Source of the DNA: a virus
Length of the DNA: 64,000 nt
Strand: one strand, 5' to 3'
IMG/VR virus record: IMGVR_UViG_3300031576_000005
Location: 64,001 to 128,000 of that record
Positions 39,279 through 50,589 of this stretch are shown here, one piece after another (the first letter of the stretch is position 1; each line of letters begins with the position of its first letter). The position numbers were made by a program, and so were the translations under genes. The notes under the pieces are model-generated. The model was not told where the DNA came from. It worked only from the letters and a program-made list of their open reading frames with translations, and did not search any database.

Positions 39279-40262
39279 TTATTCTCTATAAATATCGTTT
39301 AATGCCGAAAGTACGCTTTCCACCATTTTATCTTCAGAAAATTGTAAAGCTTCATTATAACAGTTAATCTGCTTTATGTCATCAAGTTTATTCCAGGAAT
39401 TACAAAAATCCATATCGCTAAAAATAAAGAAGCCATTAACGCCATCTTTAATAAAATTTTTATATCCACCCATTTTAGTTGCGAAGATTGTACAACCATA
39501 ACTAGCCGCTTCTTTAGCGGCCAAAGTTACCGAAATATTATAATCCTGAAACTGAGTATTTACCTTTGCTCGCTTCATGAAATCTTCTTTTGTTTTCTGG
39601 TCGATAACGCCCAAATAATAAGTAATTTTATTATTAATAAAGTTTAATAGAGGATAATCTTTATCAATTGGTCCCGCAAAAACCGTCGTAATTTCATGTT
39701 TTAATGCATAATAAGCAACCTCTATAGAGTGATATGCTCTACAATGTCTGGAACATTGAAAAATCATGTCTTCCTTTGGATATTCCTGAAATACTGGAAA
39801 TTTCGGGCCAATAACAATATTATAAACTTTATGATTGCTAGTTAGTTGTGGTTCTTGGTTTTTAATATCAAATAATAATACATGTTTGTGATATGGATGA
39901 ACAATTTCGCGCCAACCAACCGGCCAAACGACTTGTTTTTGGCTACGGCATCCTTGTAAATTAAGATATGTGGCCGCGAAATGATGAAAGAAAATATCGT
40001 ATTCGTCGGAGTTTGGAATATAATTTTTAAGGGGTGCTCCGTTTTTAATAGCCTGCCTTTCACGTTCGCATAAAAAATGGCCTTGTTTTCTTTTTTCTAT
40101 AGGAATACCATCAAAACATTTTTCATCGCCATAAATATGAAAATCATCTAATTGATTTAATAAAGCTGCGGCAATTATTCGGCCTCCCCCATATTTTTTG
40201 GGAGCAACATGATAGTCCTCTATACAATCCGATTCATTAACATCTATATATGCTATTTTCAT
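39279..40262 (-). CDS. GT-B (GT4-like) glycosyltransferase
   Basis: YGGG, FAGP, YLGVI, KEAASYG, IKDGVNGF. Confidence 0.7.
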   Translation of the reverse strand: MKIAYIDVNESDCIEDYHVAPKKYGGGRIIAAALLNQLDDFHIYGDEKCFDGIPIEKRKQGHFLCERERQAIKNGAPLKNYIPNSDEYDIFFHHFAATYLNLQGCRSQKQVVWPVGWREIVHPYHKHVLLFDIKNQEPQLTSNHKVYNIVIGPKFPVFQEYPKEDMIFQCSRHCRAYHSIEVAYYALKHEITTVFAGPIDKDYPLLNFINNKITYYLGVIDQKTKEDFMKRAKVNTQFQDYNISVTLAAKEAASYGCTIFATKMGGYKNFIKDGVNGFFIFSDMDFCNSWNKLDDIKQINCYNEALQFSEDKMVESVLSALNDIYRE

Positions 40263-40912
40263 TTGGGTTTCGCAATATAATCGGGATGATTTTCTTTAAC
40301 GAGGCTCATTGTATACCCCATATCTTCAAATAGTTTACAAAAATCTTCAACGCTTTTGGGGCTAAAATTTTCGTATTCAAATATAACTATAGGTCGACAT
40401 CGCATAATTGTTTCTCTCGCCCCCTCTATAACATAGTAATCTGTTCCTTGGGCGTCTATTTTTATAAGATTTACATCTAAATTTAAACTATCCAAGGCCA
40501 ACATTTTAATTTGTGTGGGTTGTGTTGACTCCCCACATCTAGTATCCCCAAGGTTGCTTCCCGTTGGGGTATTAATAGTAGCATATCCATTGTATTTCCA
40601 ACAGGTATAATTATATGAAGTAACATTATCACATTCGTTTATACAAAAATTACCGCACATTTGATTAAAACGCCTAATTTGTGGTTCAAAAGCATGGATA
40701 TGTTTTACTTTTTTAGCTAAATGAATTATCTGTTCCCCAATATAAGAACCAACATCAATAATTACTGATTGATTATTTATATATTTTTCAATTTCTTGTA
40801 TAACTTCTTCGTCCCATAATTTGTTCTCAAATTTAACGTAATTCTCAATAAGGTCTCCGCCATCAGATAGCAATAATTTGCCATAGGGCTTTTTATAAAT
40901 TGAATATTCCAT
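40259..40912 (-). CDS. FkbM-family methyltransferase
   Basis: IDVGSYIG, AFEP, IKIDAQG, RPIVIFE. Confidence 0.85.
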   Translation of the reverse strand: MEYSIYKKPYGKLLLSDGGDLIENYVKFENKLWDEEVIQEIEKYINNQSVIIDVGSYIGEQIIHLAKKVKHIHAFEPQIRRFNQMCGNFCINECDNVTSYNYTCWKYNGYATINTPTGSNLGDTRCGESTQPTQIKMLALDSLNLDVNLIKIDAQGTDYYVIEGARETIMRCRPIVIFEYENFSPKSVEDFCKLFEDMGYTMSLVKENHPDYIAKPK

Positions 40913-40913
40913 A

Positions 40914-41546
40914 TTATTTGACTCTTTTAGCTAAGTCTATAATAATATCATTTGGATTCATTTCTTTATAATAAAGATTTTCTATATCTTTGATTTTAAA
41001 TTCATTATAATATTTGGGATTAATAAACCAATCTTCTAAATATTTTTTGCCAGCGAATGAAAGTCCAACATTTTCAACAATCATTTTATATGGTTTATCT
41101 TTCATAAAAGAACTTAATTTTTCTTTTTGAAATTGTCCATGCGGGTTATATAAATCGTGCTCTATTGTTAATATTTTAAAATCATATTCTTCAAATGGAA
41201 ATTTTGATAAAACATTAACGCACGGGTCTTCAATGTATCCGTTTGGGTCTATATCAATTGTAAGATAATCGATAGCTTTTGGAACTTTAAAATGGTCAAA
41301 TAATTTTTTGTAATCCAGGTGAAATGCGTCGGCCTGAATAACTGTAGATTTTGGCCTGAATTTAGCCGCTTCTTCACAATATCTAGGAAGATATTCTATG
41401 AGCAAACCAGTCCAACCGAGTTCCTCTAACCAAGCTGTATTTGATGCACATGGCTCGCCTTCTCCATTGCCAGCGCCAATATCAACATAATATCCTGAAT
41501 TTCCCAATAGTAATTGAACAAACAAATCTTGTTGTGATAAACTCAT
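40914..41546 (-). CDS. FkbM-related methyltransferase
   Basis: QQD, YVDIGA, SNT..LE..GWTGLLIE, IDYLTIDID, TIEHD, EDWF. Confidence 0.8.
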   Translation of the reverse strand: MSLSQQDLFVQLLLGNSGYYVDIGAGNGEGEPCASNTAWLEELGWTGLLIEYLPRYCEEAAKFRPKSTVIQADAFHLDYKKLFDHFKVPKAIDYLTIDIDPNGYIEDPCVNVLSKFPFEEYDFKILTIEHDLYNPHGQFQKEKLSSFMKDKPYKMIVENVGLSFAGKKYLEDWFINPKYYNEFKIKDIENLYYKEMNPNDIIIDLAKRVK

Positions 41547-41566
41547 ATAGTTATATATTTAATTTT

Positions 41567-43163
41567 TTATTTTTCGTAAATTTTTCCATTTATTACCATA
41601 ATATCAACCGGCGTATTTTTAAAGAAATTATTTGCGTCTTCTTGAGTTTCTAGTATTGGCTCACCATTTCCATTTAAACTCGTGTTTATTATCATAGGTA
41701 TATTGGTTTGGCTATAAAAAGATTCAATAAGTTTATAATAATTAGGATTTGTTTCCTTGGTAACAGTCTGCATTCTAGCAGAACCATCAATATGTGTGAT
41801 TGAGGGAATTTCTTTTGGATTTTTCACTTGAGCCGTAAATAACATAAAAGGACTTTTTGTAGGAAAATCAAACCATTCTTGGGTTTTTTCTTCTAAAACT
41901 GATGGTGCAAACGGCCTGAACCATTCCCTCTTTTTAATTAAAAAATTTAATAACTCTCTATTATGGAAATTACGTGGGTCTGCTAAAATAGAGCGATGTC
42001 CAAGCGCTCTTGGTCCGTGTTCCGATTTTCCATCAAACCATCCAATAATTTTTCCTTTCGATATTTGTTTTGCTAAAAAATCATATTCAAGCTCTCTCTC
42101 TCTCTTCGCCTCCACCCAGATAGCAAATCTCATTATCTGTATATTTGTAACGTGGTTCATTAAACAAATTATGAGTAACGTAAAGTGCCGAACCAACCGC
42201 TATTCCATCATCACCACAACCAGGAAATAAGTGAACATTTTTAAATTTAGATTCTTTCAAAATTCTGGTATTAACATTGCAATTGAGCATTGAACCACCA
42301 CTTAAACATATATTTTTATTTCCTTGATTATCAATATTTTGTATACATTTTAAAATCGCTTCCTCGAATATATATTGAAGAGATGCGGCGATATTCATCG
42401 CTGTTTTACTATCTTTAAAAGAAGAATCAAAAGCTTTATCTGTCCTAGAAATTTCTTTCCAAAATTTACAAAATTCCTCCTCAAATACTAACTCTTTGTT
42501 AAAAAAGCATCTCTCAACATATGAATTAATATTTTTAATTATAAAATCTAACGGCATCCCATAAGATGCTAGACCCATCGTTGAACCAGCTTTATGTAAA
42601 GGGTCTCCTAGCCCCAAATTATATGTAAATTTTGTATAAAGATTCCCAACCATTAAACCCGGGCAATTAATAGCCAGTATCTTATTATTTTCTCCATAGG
42701 CAACTAAAGAATTCCACGCCATCATTCCGGTACTAGAATCCAAACTGAAACAAAAAGAAGATTGAAATGGACTAGTATAAAAAGATGACGCACAATGCGC
42801 CATATGGTGTGGAATTGCTATTGCCGGAATTCTTTTGCCTCTTATTTCAAAAAATATATTATCTTTTATTATTTGATTACCCACCACACCCTGCGTAAAT
42901 ATTCCGCATTCTTGATTATTTATAAAAAGTTTACATGTTCCGTTCGCATATTCAGGAAAATAATCGGTAAATGAAATAACGTCAACTTCATTTAATGAAA
43001 TATTAGATAGTTTTAATCCGTAATCTAATACCTCATTTGTTATTCCGTAAGATTTTTTAATTCTAGTAACTCTTTCCGATGAAATTGCCGAAATTAATTT
43101 GTTACCTTTTACTACAGCCATTCCCCCGTCGTGTCCTAAATGAAGCCCTAATATATTAGCCAT
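41567..43163 (-). pseudogene. NodU/CmcH-family O-carbamoyltransferase, out of frame at an (AG)7 repeat
   Basis: N-half (GHDGG, HHMAH, MGLASYG, SGG..LNC, GDDG) and C-half (EHGPRALGHRS, KKREWFRPFAP, NTSLN) meet at 42092-42105. Confidence 0.88.
42092..42105 (-). repeat. (AG)7 dinucleotide microsatellite
   Basis: CTCTCTCTCTCTCT on the + strand. Confidence 0.9.
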
Positions 43164-43166
43164 ATT

Positions 43167-43859
43167 TTATTTTTTTATAGGTTGAAGTAATAAGTCATGT
43201 ACGTGTTTAGTATCAAAATCTTCTCTACAAACTTTTTCCATAGTATCTGGATTTAATGGATTATAGCCTATAAAATCAATTGCGTCAAACAAATTATCAT
43301 TTTTACTTTTATGAAACCACCACTCGGTATAGATTAGTGGTTTATACATGTCAAGAATTGGTTTAATATTTTTTAATACAACCGGCTCCCAACCTTCTAT
43401 ATCCATTTTTATAAATTTAAGATTGTTCAAATCATGTTTTAACAAAAATTGAGCGGTATTAATACAAGGTAATTCCACTAACTGGCAATGCCCACGTTCT
43501 TCTTCGATTGAAAATCCATCCATAATACCTCCGTTAGACCTCCCGCCACCAAAAGTTTTATATTCATCCCTATCCGAACAACCAGTATTATAAGCTGTAC
43601 AATTTTTTATTTGATTTAATTCTAAATTTTTAATCAAAAAACTATATACCTCTGGGTTAATTTCGAAACTCATTACCCCCCCCACAGTCGCCCCCGCTAA
43701 TATTGACATAGCAATACTAGAAGTTCCTAAATTAGCCCCAATATCCAAACATAAACAGCCCTTTTCTATAAAAGGGGGCAACACCTTCATAAACATATCA
43801 AATTCGGCGGGTAAACTCACACCTCTTGGAACATCGATTTGTGGATATTCAAAAATCAT
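43167..43859 (-). CDS. FkbM-family methyltransferase
   Basis: LDIGANLG, SFEIN, IKMDIEGWE, KPLIYTE. Confidence 0.85.
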   Translation of the reverse strand: MIFEYPQIDVPRGVSLPAEFDMFMKVLPPFIEKGCLCLDIGANLGTSSIAMSILAGATVGGVMSFEINPEVYSFLIKNLELNQIKNCTAYNTGCSDRDEYKTFGGGRSNGGIMDGFSIEEERGHCQLVELPCINTAQFLLKHDLNNLKFIKMDIEGWEPVVLKNIKPILDMYKPLIYTEWWFHKSKNDNLFDAIDFIGYNPLNPDTMEKVCREDFDTKHVHDLLLQPIKK

Positions 43860-45097
43860 ACTATTTCTATTTTTGGTAAAGGGAAAATAAATTTTCCACC
43901 ATTTTTTCTAAATTCAGTTTCTCTTTCCAGAATTTCTGCCTTAAAATGATAGGGGCCAATAAAATAATAATCTGGTTTCATGTTGCGGCTTTCTTCCTCA
44001 GAAATCAACTTAATTCCACTAATTGTAGTAGCTCCAACTTTTTCTGGGCTGCGTTCTGCTGCGTATTGAATTAAATCTGTTCCAATTTCGCAATATCCAA
44101 GAATAGTGTTTAATTTTGTAGACGAACCATAAATATGAATGGTTTTACCTTCTAACCTAATCTGTTTTAGCAATTTATTCAATTCGGTTTTATGGGCGAG
44201 AACTCGACTCCTAAAAATCTCATATGTTGATTCATCATCAAGAGCGGCATTGAATTCTCCTAAGCGAATTTCCGATAGTCTTTTTCTAGAATTTTCACTA
44301 TCATAATTGTGACAGTCATCATGTGTTATATAGCACATAATACTACCACCATTAGTATCGGTTAATTCTGCGTCAAAAACTTTTAATCCACAGGCTTTCA
44401 TCATAATTTCAATTGGAGCTAAGTGATAATGAATTATATGCTCGTTTACGCAAGAATCATAAGATAGATTTTTTAGCATAGAAGGCCAATATGCAACTTC
44501 AAAAATCCAAATACCTTTTTTATGTAAAATTTTTTTAATTTCTTGTGCAAATTCACAAGGATTTTCAACATCATAATAACACGCAATTGAAGTAATAATA
44601 TTAATGTCTTTTTCTTCGAGGAGTTTGGTCGGGAATAAATCATTTATAATTTTAATATCTTTATCTTTCTGACGGGAAGTAATATCACATGGGTCAATCC
44701 CAATTTTTTTAAAATTTTCACTATAATTTCTCAAAAGCGTTCCGTCGTTCATAGCAATATCTAGTACTGTTCCATCATATAAATTGGTAATCCCAGTGGT
44801 TTTCCAAACAATTCTTTGCAAATGTTCTCTCATCGTGTTACTAATACCAGACTGATACCAGTAATTTGTATATAAAATCCTTGGTGGAATTGTATGGCGG
44901 GTTTGAACCAAACCACAAGCATTCTCCCATTTTGAAGTATCGCAACGAACTATTTGGTTTGGGGTTTTGCGAGTGGGGGGATTTGGCACTCCTTCTTTAA
45001 TAAAAGAACCCTGAAAATATTGATACCCCAAATCCAATACATCGGTCAAATGAGGATTACCACAAATTCGGCAGGTTTGACGATACTTAATATTCAT
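43856..45097 (-). CDS. NDP-hexose C-methyltransferase (second copy)
   Basis: CRICG, CGLVQ, YWYQSG, DIAMNDG, NEH, YGSSTK. Confidence 0.85.
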   Translation of the reverse strand: MNIKYRQTCRICGNPHLTDVLDLGYQYFQGSFIKEGVPNPPTRKTPNQIVRCDTSKWENACGLVQTRHTIPPRILYTNYWYQSGISNTMREHLQRIVWKTTGITNLYDGTVLDIAMNDGTLLRNYSENFKKIGIDPCDITSRQKDKDIKIINDLFPTKLLEEKDINIITSIACYYDVENPCEFAQEIKKILHKKGIWIFEVAYWPSMLKNLSYDSCVNEHIIHYHLAPIEIMMKACGLKVFDAELTDTNGGSIMCYITHDDCHNYDSENSRKRLSEIRLGEFNAALDDESTYEIFRSRVLAHKTELNKLLKQIRLEGKTIHIYGSSTKLNTILGYCEIGTDLIQYAAERSPEKVGATTISGIKLISEEESRNMKPDYYFIGPYHFKAEILERETEFRKNGGKFIFPLPKIEIV

Positions 45098-45285
45098 TAT
45101 TTTAAAAGATGCTCGAAACTCATATCGTCTGGCAAATTTTTTGGTTCAGAAAATTCAAGTTTGACAATATGTTTTTCACCTTCATCTCTTGGTTTTGCTA
45201 AAACCGGGCCTGTAAATGCCCCGGTAGAACCATCAGATAATGTTATATAAACTATCTGATATTGTTGTTTATTTTTCTTTTTCAT
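45097..45285 (-). CDS. Small hypothetical protein
   Basis: Preceded by TTGAAA-N17-TATGAT (45303-45331) and GAGGA. Confidence 0.5.
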   Translation of the reverse strand: MKKKNKQQYQIVYITLSDGSTGAFTGPVLAKPRDEGEKHIVKLEFSEPKNLPDDMSFEHLLK

Positions 45286-45413
45286 TTTTCCTCTTCTTTA
45301 ATATCATATCATCAAACTTGACGACTTTCAAGTTCTTTTTGTATTTTGTCTTAATTTTATATCCACAAGCCTCAAATAATGTCTTAACCATCCAATATTG
45401 ATTATTTGTCATA

Positions 45414-45740
45414 TTATTCTACCACAACTTTAGCCGCATATTCTTGTTCAAACATTTCAAGCCAAAGTTCTGGTTTTAATCCTTTTTGAGAACCATGAAC
45501 CCAATAGGGAGAAATAACTCTAACGCTAAAGTCTAAATCAATCACCCCTTCGTATTTTACCATTTTATCCTTGCTCCAAGCTGTCAATTTATCTCCACTT
45601 TTTAAGACATATAAACCCTCATAACCATGCTGCTTTGGGCAGGTCTTTGATTTTGTTTCATATATACACCAAATAATACCTTCGGTACCAGTTTCAAAAA
45701 ATGCTTCTAAAAATCCCTTAATATTTTTTTGTTTTTTCAT
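45414..45740 (-). CDS. Hypothetical protein
   Basis: ATGA-coupled ORF. Confidence 0.55.
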   Translation of the reverse strand: MKKQKNIKGFLEAFFETGTEGIIWCIYETKSKTCPKQHGYEGLYVLKSGDKLTAWSKDKMVKYEGVIDLDFSVRVISPYWVHGSQKGLKPELWLEMFEQEYAAKVVVE

Positions 45741-46525
45741 GAATCTTTATATACCATAGGTATCATTTGTCCCATCATTTGATAGTAATGTTCGCTGAAG
45801 TATAATTTCTTTGTTTCTTCGTCCCATTTATAAGAGCAAGCTCCATAATGTTTATTTTGAAAGTCACATTTTCTCTTTAGATATCCATCTATATTCGAAA
45901 CCCAACTATAATGTTTTGGCGAACTAATCTCAAATGGAATTGTCTTTCCAAGACATTCTTTATATTTGAGGCCATTTTTAAAAGTTAATTCATCATCAAA
46001 ATGAAATCCCAAAATACCTTCGTTTTTATCATTTCTCCACCACCTTGGAACAATAAAAGTTTTTACATAAGAATTAAAATCAAAGACATAATTCTTAAAA
46101 TGTGTATTAAACCAACTTATATCTGGATTTTCCGAAATAAAATTTAAAGACCGTTCTATTTCTTCTAGCTCCCATACTTCGTCCATATTGAGCATAAATA
46201 ATAAGTCAATATTTTTAGAGAATAGAAAATCCAAATTGGAATTCCAAAACTGATATTCAAATTTGTTGTGGTCAAAAACATTCAGATAATCTATAACTCC
46301 TTCTTTATGAAGCTTTTGGAATTTTTCAATCGTACCATCGGTTGAGTAAAGAGGGAATCCAATTGCCGCCGTTTCATTAAAACAACCATGGGCTGTTCCA
46401 ATATGAACTTCCTCAATAACATTGCTCAACGCCCCTTGTTTAACTTTTCGCCACGGGGCAAAAACTTTATCTAAATGTTCAATACATTGATAGCCTAGCG
46501 AGGTAATTCCAATTTTATATTTCAT
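45737..46525 (-). CDS. GT-A-like glycosyltransferase
   Basis: STDGT, LNMDE (DxD-like), HYSWV. Confidence 0.65.
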   Translation of the reverse strand: MKYKIGITSLGYQCIEHLDKVFAPWRKVKQGALSNVIEEVHIGTAHGCFNETAAIGFPLYSTDGTIEKFQKLHKEGVIDYLNVFDHNKFEYQFWNSNLDFLFSKNIDLLFMLNMDEVWELEEIERSLNFISENPDISWFNTHFKNYVFDFNSYVKTFIVPRWWRNDKNEGILGFHFDDELTFKNGLKYKECLGKTIPFEISSPKHYSWVSNIDGYLKRKCDFQNKHYGACSYKWDEETKKLYFSEHYYQMMGQMIPMVYKDS

Positions 46526-47427
46526 AGGTAAGAAATTGGTACATCGCGTTTTCCAACGTGTATTTCATGAAAGTACAACATTATTCCTTCTACAATAGTT
46601 TCTATATTGTCACAAAATTCAAAATTGAAATTAGTAGAAAATTTATTGGAATTAATAGTAAAATCATAATTACTCCGTCCTTCTCCTACGGTTAATTTTA
46701 CGTCTAGTATTTGACTTACCTTTTCCCCAATATCTTTAACAGTTGCATTGAATGATGCAAGATTATAGATGCCTCGTAATTTTCTATCATTGGTTTCAAT
46801 AATTCTAGTTACAGCACTACATAAATCTAAGATTCCGAGGATTGGCCTAGAAATTTCTGGCGAACTAACAAAAATCTCTTTTTGTCTAAGTCCATTGGTG
46901 GCCATTGAGTTTATCATAATATCGGAGCGGAAATTTGGGGCTTGGCCATTTACAGTCCCAAATCTCAATCCATAAAAGTGTAAACCACAAAGCTTGGCGT
47001 GGTTATCAATTTCTGATTTACTTAAATCGTAAGAGTTCTCTGGTATAAAGATATCGCATCTTTCGGTAGCTTGGTTAACCCTGACATTTCCATAAACGCT
47101 AGAACTACTAGCATAAATGAAGATTGTGTCTTTATTCAATTTGGGCAAAAGATTTACGAAATTCCTTACGTTGTTGTTGAAACAAGAAACATTGTTTCCT
47201 TCTGACATTTGAACCGAGGAATGCCCTGCTAACAAAATGATTGCTTGATATTTATTATAAAACTCTGGCGTCAGATAAGCAAAGTCTAGGTTAATATTAT
47301 TGGGGTTAGTATAATTACCAAACCATTCTAAATCGACGGTATCTACTTGATAATCCGGGCGGTTATTGAGGAATTGATATAAAGCCCCGCCAATATAGCC
47401 CGTTCCACCTAGTATTAAAATTTTCAT
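46522..47427 (-). CDS. NAD-dependent sugar epimerase/dehydratase/reductase
   Basis: GGTGYIG, YASSSSVYG, YDLSK, LRFGTVNG. Confidence 0.85.
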   Translation of the reverse strand: MKILILGGTGYIGGALYQFLNNRPDYQVDTVDLEWFGNYTNPNNINLDFAYLTPEFYNKYQAIILLAGHSSVQMSEGNNVSCFNNNVRNFVNLLPKLNKDTIFIYASSSSVYGNVRVNQATERCDIFIPENSYDLSKSEIDNHAKLCGLHFYGLRFGTVNGQAPNFRSDIMINSMATNGLRQKEIFVSSPEISRPILGILDLCSAVTRIIETNDRKLRGIYNLASFNATVKDIGEKVSQILDVKLTVGEGRSNYDFTINSNKFSTNFNFEFCDNIETIVEGIMLYFHEIHVGKRDVPISYL

Positions 47428-47429
47428 TT

Positions 47430-48065
47430 TTATTGTAGAGAAACTAAGGGAATATGGGGCGTCATAATAGGTTCAAAAGCTCTATAAAGCATGTTAAAAA
47501 ATACAGGAAAATCTACGTCTTTCTTGCTTGGAAAAGCGTTTGTAAATCCTTCTTGTACTAACCTGAAAGCTAATGTATTCTTCATGCCCTGGCGTAATAA
47601 ATCCAAATTAAGAGTAAAGGGTGGCAATAATATAAATGCAGACCTTAATATTTTTCCTTGAAATTCAGTAGTTCTTGAAAAATCATATACTTCGTTGCTA
47701 GATTTAGAATTGCCAATAGCCAAACATGGTTTTGTGGCCAAATAATCTAAATTAAATTCAAAATCTACAAATTCGTTTCCTTCTTGGTAGCAAATTGCAT
47801 CAACATTTTCATTATTCATAGCCGCAGTAAGTGATTCTAGCAAAACTTTGCCAGATGGAACAGCATTATTATATTCAAAAAGCTGATAATTATGACGCCC
47901 AATCCTACTACTGTCCATTATATTTCTAATTATTTTAGTCATTCCTTTATCGAGACCATTATTAATTAAATAAATTAAGCCCCCCTCTTCTAGCTTGATA
48001 TATTTGGGAGAATCGATATCCCCATTTTTTAAATTATAAATGTATAGAGTTTTCATTTTATTCAT
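47430..48065 (-). CDS. Hypothetical protein
   Basis: 211 aa co-oriented ORF. Confidence 0.55.
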   Translation of the reverse strand: MNKMKTLYIYNLKNGDIDSPKYIKLEEGGLIYLINNGLDKGMTKIIRNIMDSSRIGRHNYQLFEYNNAVPSGKVLLESLTAAMNNENVDAICYQEGNEFVDFEFNLDYLATKPCLAIGNSKSSNEVYDFSRTTEFQGKILRSAFILLPPFTLNLDLLRQGMKNTLAFRLVQEGFTNAFPSKKDVDFPVFFNMLYRAFEPIMTPHIPLVSLQ

Positions 48066-48219
48066 ATTTAATATAACCTAGTAAATGTTTAGAGGTTAGT
48101 AGACAAAGTAGGGCTAATACAATTTTCCAGCCGCCAAGCCAAATGATTAACCCATAAGCACAGACAACAAAGATTAATGAGAGGACTGCTAATAGTTGGT
48201 TTTTAGTTTCTTTATTCAT
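48058..48219 (-). CDS. Small membrane protein (53 aa, not in the ORF track)
   Basis: MNKETKNQLLAVLSLIFVVCAYGLIIWLGGWKIVLALLCLL...; ATGA-coupled and fills the gap. Confidence 0.5.
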   Translation of the reverse strand: MNKETKNQLLAVLSLIFVVCAYGLIIWLGGWKIVLALLCLLTSKHLLGYIKYE

Positions 48220-48850
48220 ATTTCCTTCATATCGTTTCCATATTCTAAATATATCATTTTAAGAAAAATCTTAAATATTCCTTCTGGATTACCATTTCTT
48301 ATAGCCGTCATGCCATTAATATTTATTATATATTTATTTTGTTGTATGGCCGCAAGATGAGTTTTAATTTCTATAATTTTATTATCTTGCGTATTTTTAA
48401 GAATGATACTCCCACATTCTTTATAAATTTCTATGTAATTTGGTAGTTTGTAGATTGCTTGAAATGAGTTAAATAATTCTAATATTGGCCTAAATTCTAT
48501 TTTGCAAGCCAATGAAATAGCGTCTTTAGCCTTTTGTTCGCTCTCTATCTCAATTCTAACATTCGCAACCATTTCTTGAATGTTCACAAATCCTTCGTAA
48601 AATTGAATTTAGTTTGGGCTTTTTCTAGTTCTTCTTTGTTTTTTGTTTTTAAATATAAAGCAATGAATTGCTGATTTGCTAAAATCCATTGTTCGACCAT
48701 ATAGTCAAAATTTGTTTGGTCGTCTTCAATATGTTTGCCAGTTTCTGAATCTATAGTATAATTTGGACTAAATTCTTTATAATATTGATTAGGCGTCAAT
48801 GATGCTCGATTCCAACACCTTATGAATAATCCTGAAGGTTTCTTACTCAT
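48216..48850 (-). other. Two hypothetical genes (48216-48587, 48584-48850)
   Basis: Coupled ORFs behind a leaderless promoter. Confidence 0.5.
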
Positions 48851-48856
48851 TAGTAA

Positions 48857-48885
48857 AATATAGCAGTTTCGTTAAGAATAATCAA
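48857..48885 (-). promoter_or_regulatory. Sigma70-type leaderless promoter
   Basis: TTGATT-N17-TATATT with TGn, ATG 6 nt downstream. Confidence 0.62.
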
Positions 48886-49793
48886 GTAAAATCTTTCTTG
48901 ATTAGCAGATTTCTCATATCGGCCTGATAGGGGATTTGTACGTAGGCCGGAATAGCAGATGTGAGAGGTTCGGTCAAATTGAGCATTACTCTGTTGAAAA
49001 TCGACTCAAGAGGCGATTCTAGGGGCATGTCGTCCTCACATGTCTCGTGGTAACGAATTATATGGTATGGCGTCTGGTAGCGTTGCTGGAGCACTATACG
49101 CGGGATTTGGAGATGAAATGAAATATGTGCGTATGCGGAATCTATTCCGATGAAATAATCACACTTATTTAATATATTTATCGTCTCCTCTAATGGGCGG
49201 TCTACTAAATCTATATAATTACCTTGGCAGAAAAAGGGTAGCGGACTTCCTTTCCATTGTGAGGTTCTTGCAATAATTATATTATAACCTACTTTATTAA
49301 ATAAATTTACTAATGCTTGCAGTTTTGGCAACGGATAATTCTTTTCCATTGTTATCGACGTAACATGTATAAAAATATTCTTAGTATTTGGCTTGATTGC
49401 CTCATGTTTGAAGTTTTCATTTGCTTTTAATGAGACTTTCGTTTGCATGAAGGCTTTATACGTTCGCACATAATCTTTCCATGGAAAGGCGTGCCATGCT
49501 AGGGTAAGACTGTCTGGCCAGCATGAATAAACCGCATCATATTCATTAATTAAATTATCTAGGAACGTCTTTGGCAAATTAAGGGGGTTTTCTGGGTCTT
49601 TATACTCATTCGTTCTTGACGGACACTGAAAAACATTGAAGTAGGTGCATTTCTTTATGAAATCCAATATTTCTATATGGGAATTTACATATATGTCTGC
49701 CTTTCGATTATGTTCGGCTTCAAATAATGTGGCCGCCGAAAGCGCCTGGCAAACATCCCCAATACCGCCACATGTTATAATTGCACAGCTCAT
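48882..49793 (-). CDS. GT9-family glycosyltransferase (full length)
   Basis: GGIGDV, EKNYP, FIGIDSAYAHIS. Confidence 0.8.
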   Translation of the reverse strand: MSCAIITCGGIGDVCQALSAATLFEAEHNRKADIYVNSHIEILDFIKKCTYFNVFQCPSRTNEYKDPENPLNLPKTFLDNLINEYDAVYSCWPDSLTLAWHAFPWKDYVRTYKAFMQTKVSLKANENFKHEAIKPNTKNIFIHVTSITMEKNYPLPKLQALVNLFNKVGYNIIIARTSQWKGSPLPFFCQGNYIDLVDRPLEETINILNKCDYFIGIDSAYAHISFHLQIPRIVLQQRYQTPYHIIRYHETCEDDMPLESPLESIFNRVMLNLTEPLTSAIPAYVQIPYQADMRNLLIKKDFT

Positions 49794-50588
49794 TTGTTTA
49801 TATTTAAGGCTTCTTTCATGTATTTTGTGAATTGTTTAAATTGTTGTGGTGTATTATAGCGATTTCCGAAAATTTTATGAAATAGAATATGAAATTCTTT
49901 TAAAATTGTGACGCCATTTACAACATCAAATCGTTTTCTGGATAATCAGCCCAATTATAGAGATGGTGAGCGGCGAGCTTTCCCCCTGTAATTTTAAGGA
50001 TTTCATCTGTATAATCATCCTTCTCAAACACTTTTTTCGCCATTCTCGAAGCTCTGGATTAAGACTTCTATTTTTACTATTTTCTCTTTCTTCTTGGGTT
50101 AAATCATGTCTCCAATTAAAGCTTTTTTCACCCCTTTTAGATAAACCTATTTTTAAACGAGATTCATCGGAGTGATGTTTACCAAAGTGAGATAAACTCA
50201 TTTTTGTTAGGGTTTCATTCGAAGGACAATAATCAAACTTTGGATGTTCTTTTCCGCATTTTCCAAATAAATAACTTTTTTCTCCTTTATGAGATAAACT
50301 CAACTTTTGCTTCGTTTCTTCAGAATGATGCTTTCCATAAAAAGGATTTTTCTTTCCCTTTAAAGCCAAACTCATTTTTTTAATAGATTCTCTATTATGC
50401 TTTTTCCCATACATTGGGTGTCTGTCTCCCTTTTGACGACAGGATTTACAATATTTTACCCCCTTAGATTTAAGTGCATTATTTTTATTAATTATTCTTT
50501 CTTTTCCACAATCATCGCAGCGAACCAAACTTTTAATTCGACTTTTCTTTCCATTATAAGTGTTACAAAAATCTAAACAAATTATCAT
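49790..50588 (-). pseudogene. NUMOD3-HNH endonuclease (copy 5), two frameshifts
   Basis: MIICLDFCNTY. One A is missing at 50032-50037 and one at 49934-49937. The restored C-terminus ends in an ATGA overlap at 49790-49793. Confidence 0.8.
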
Positions 50589-50589
50589 A

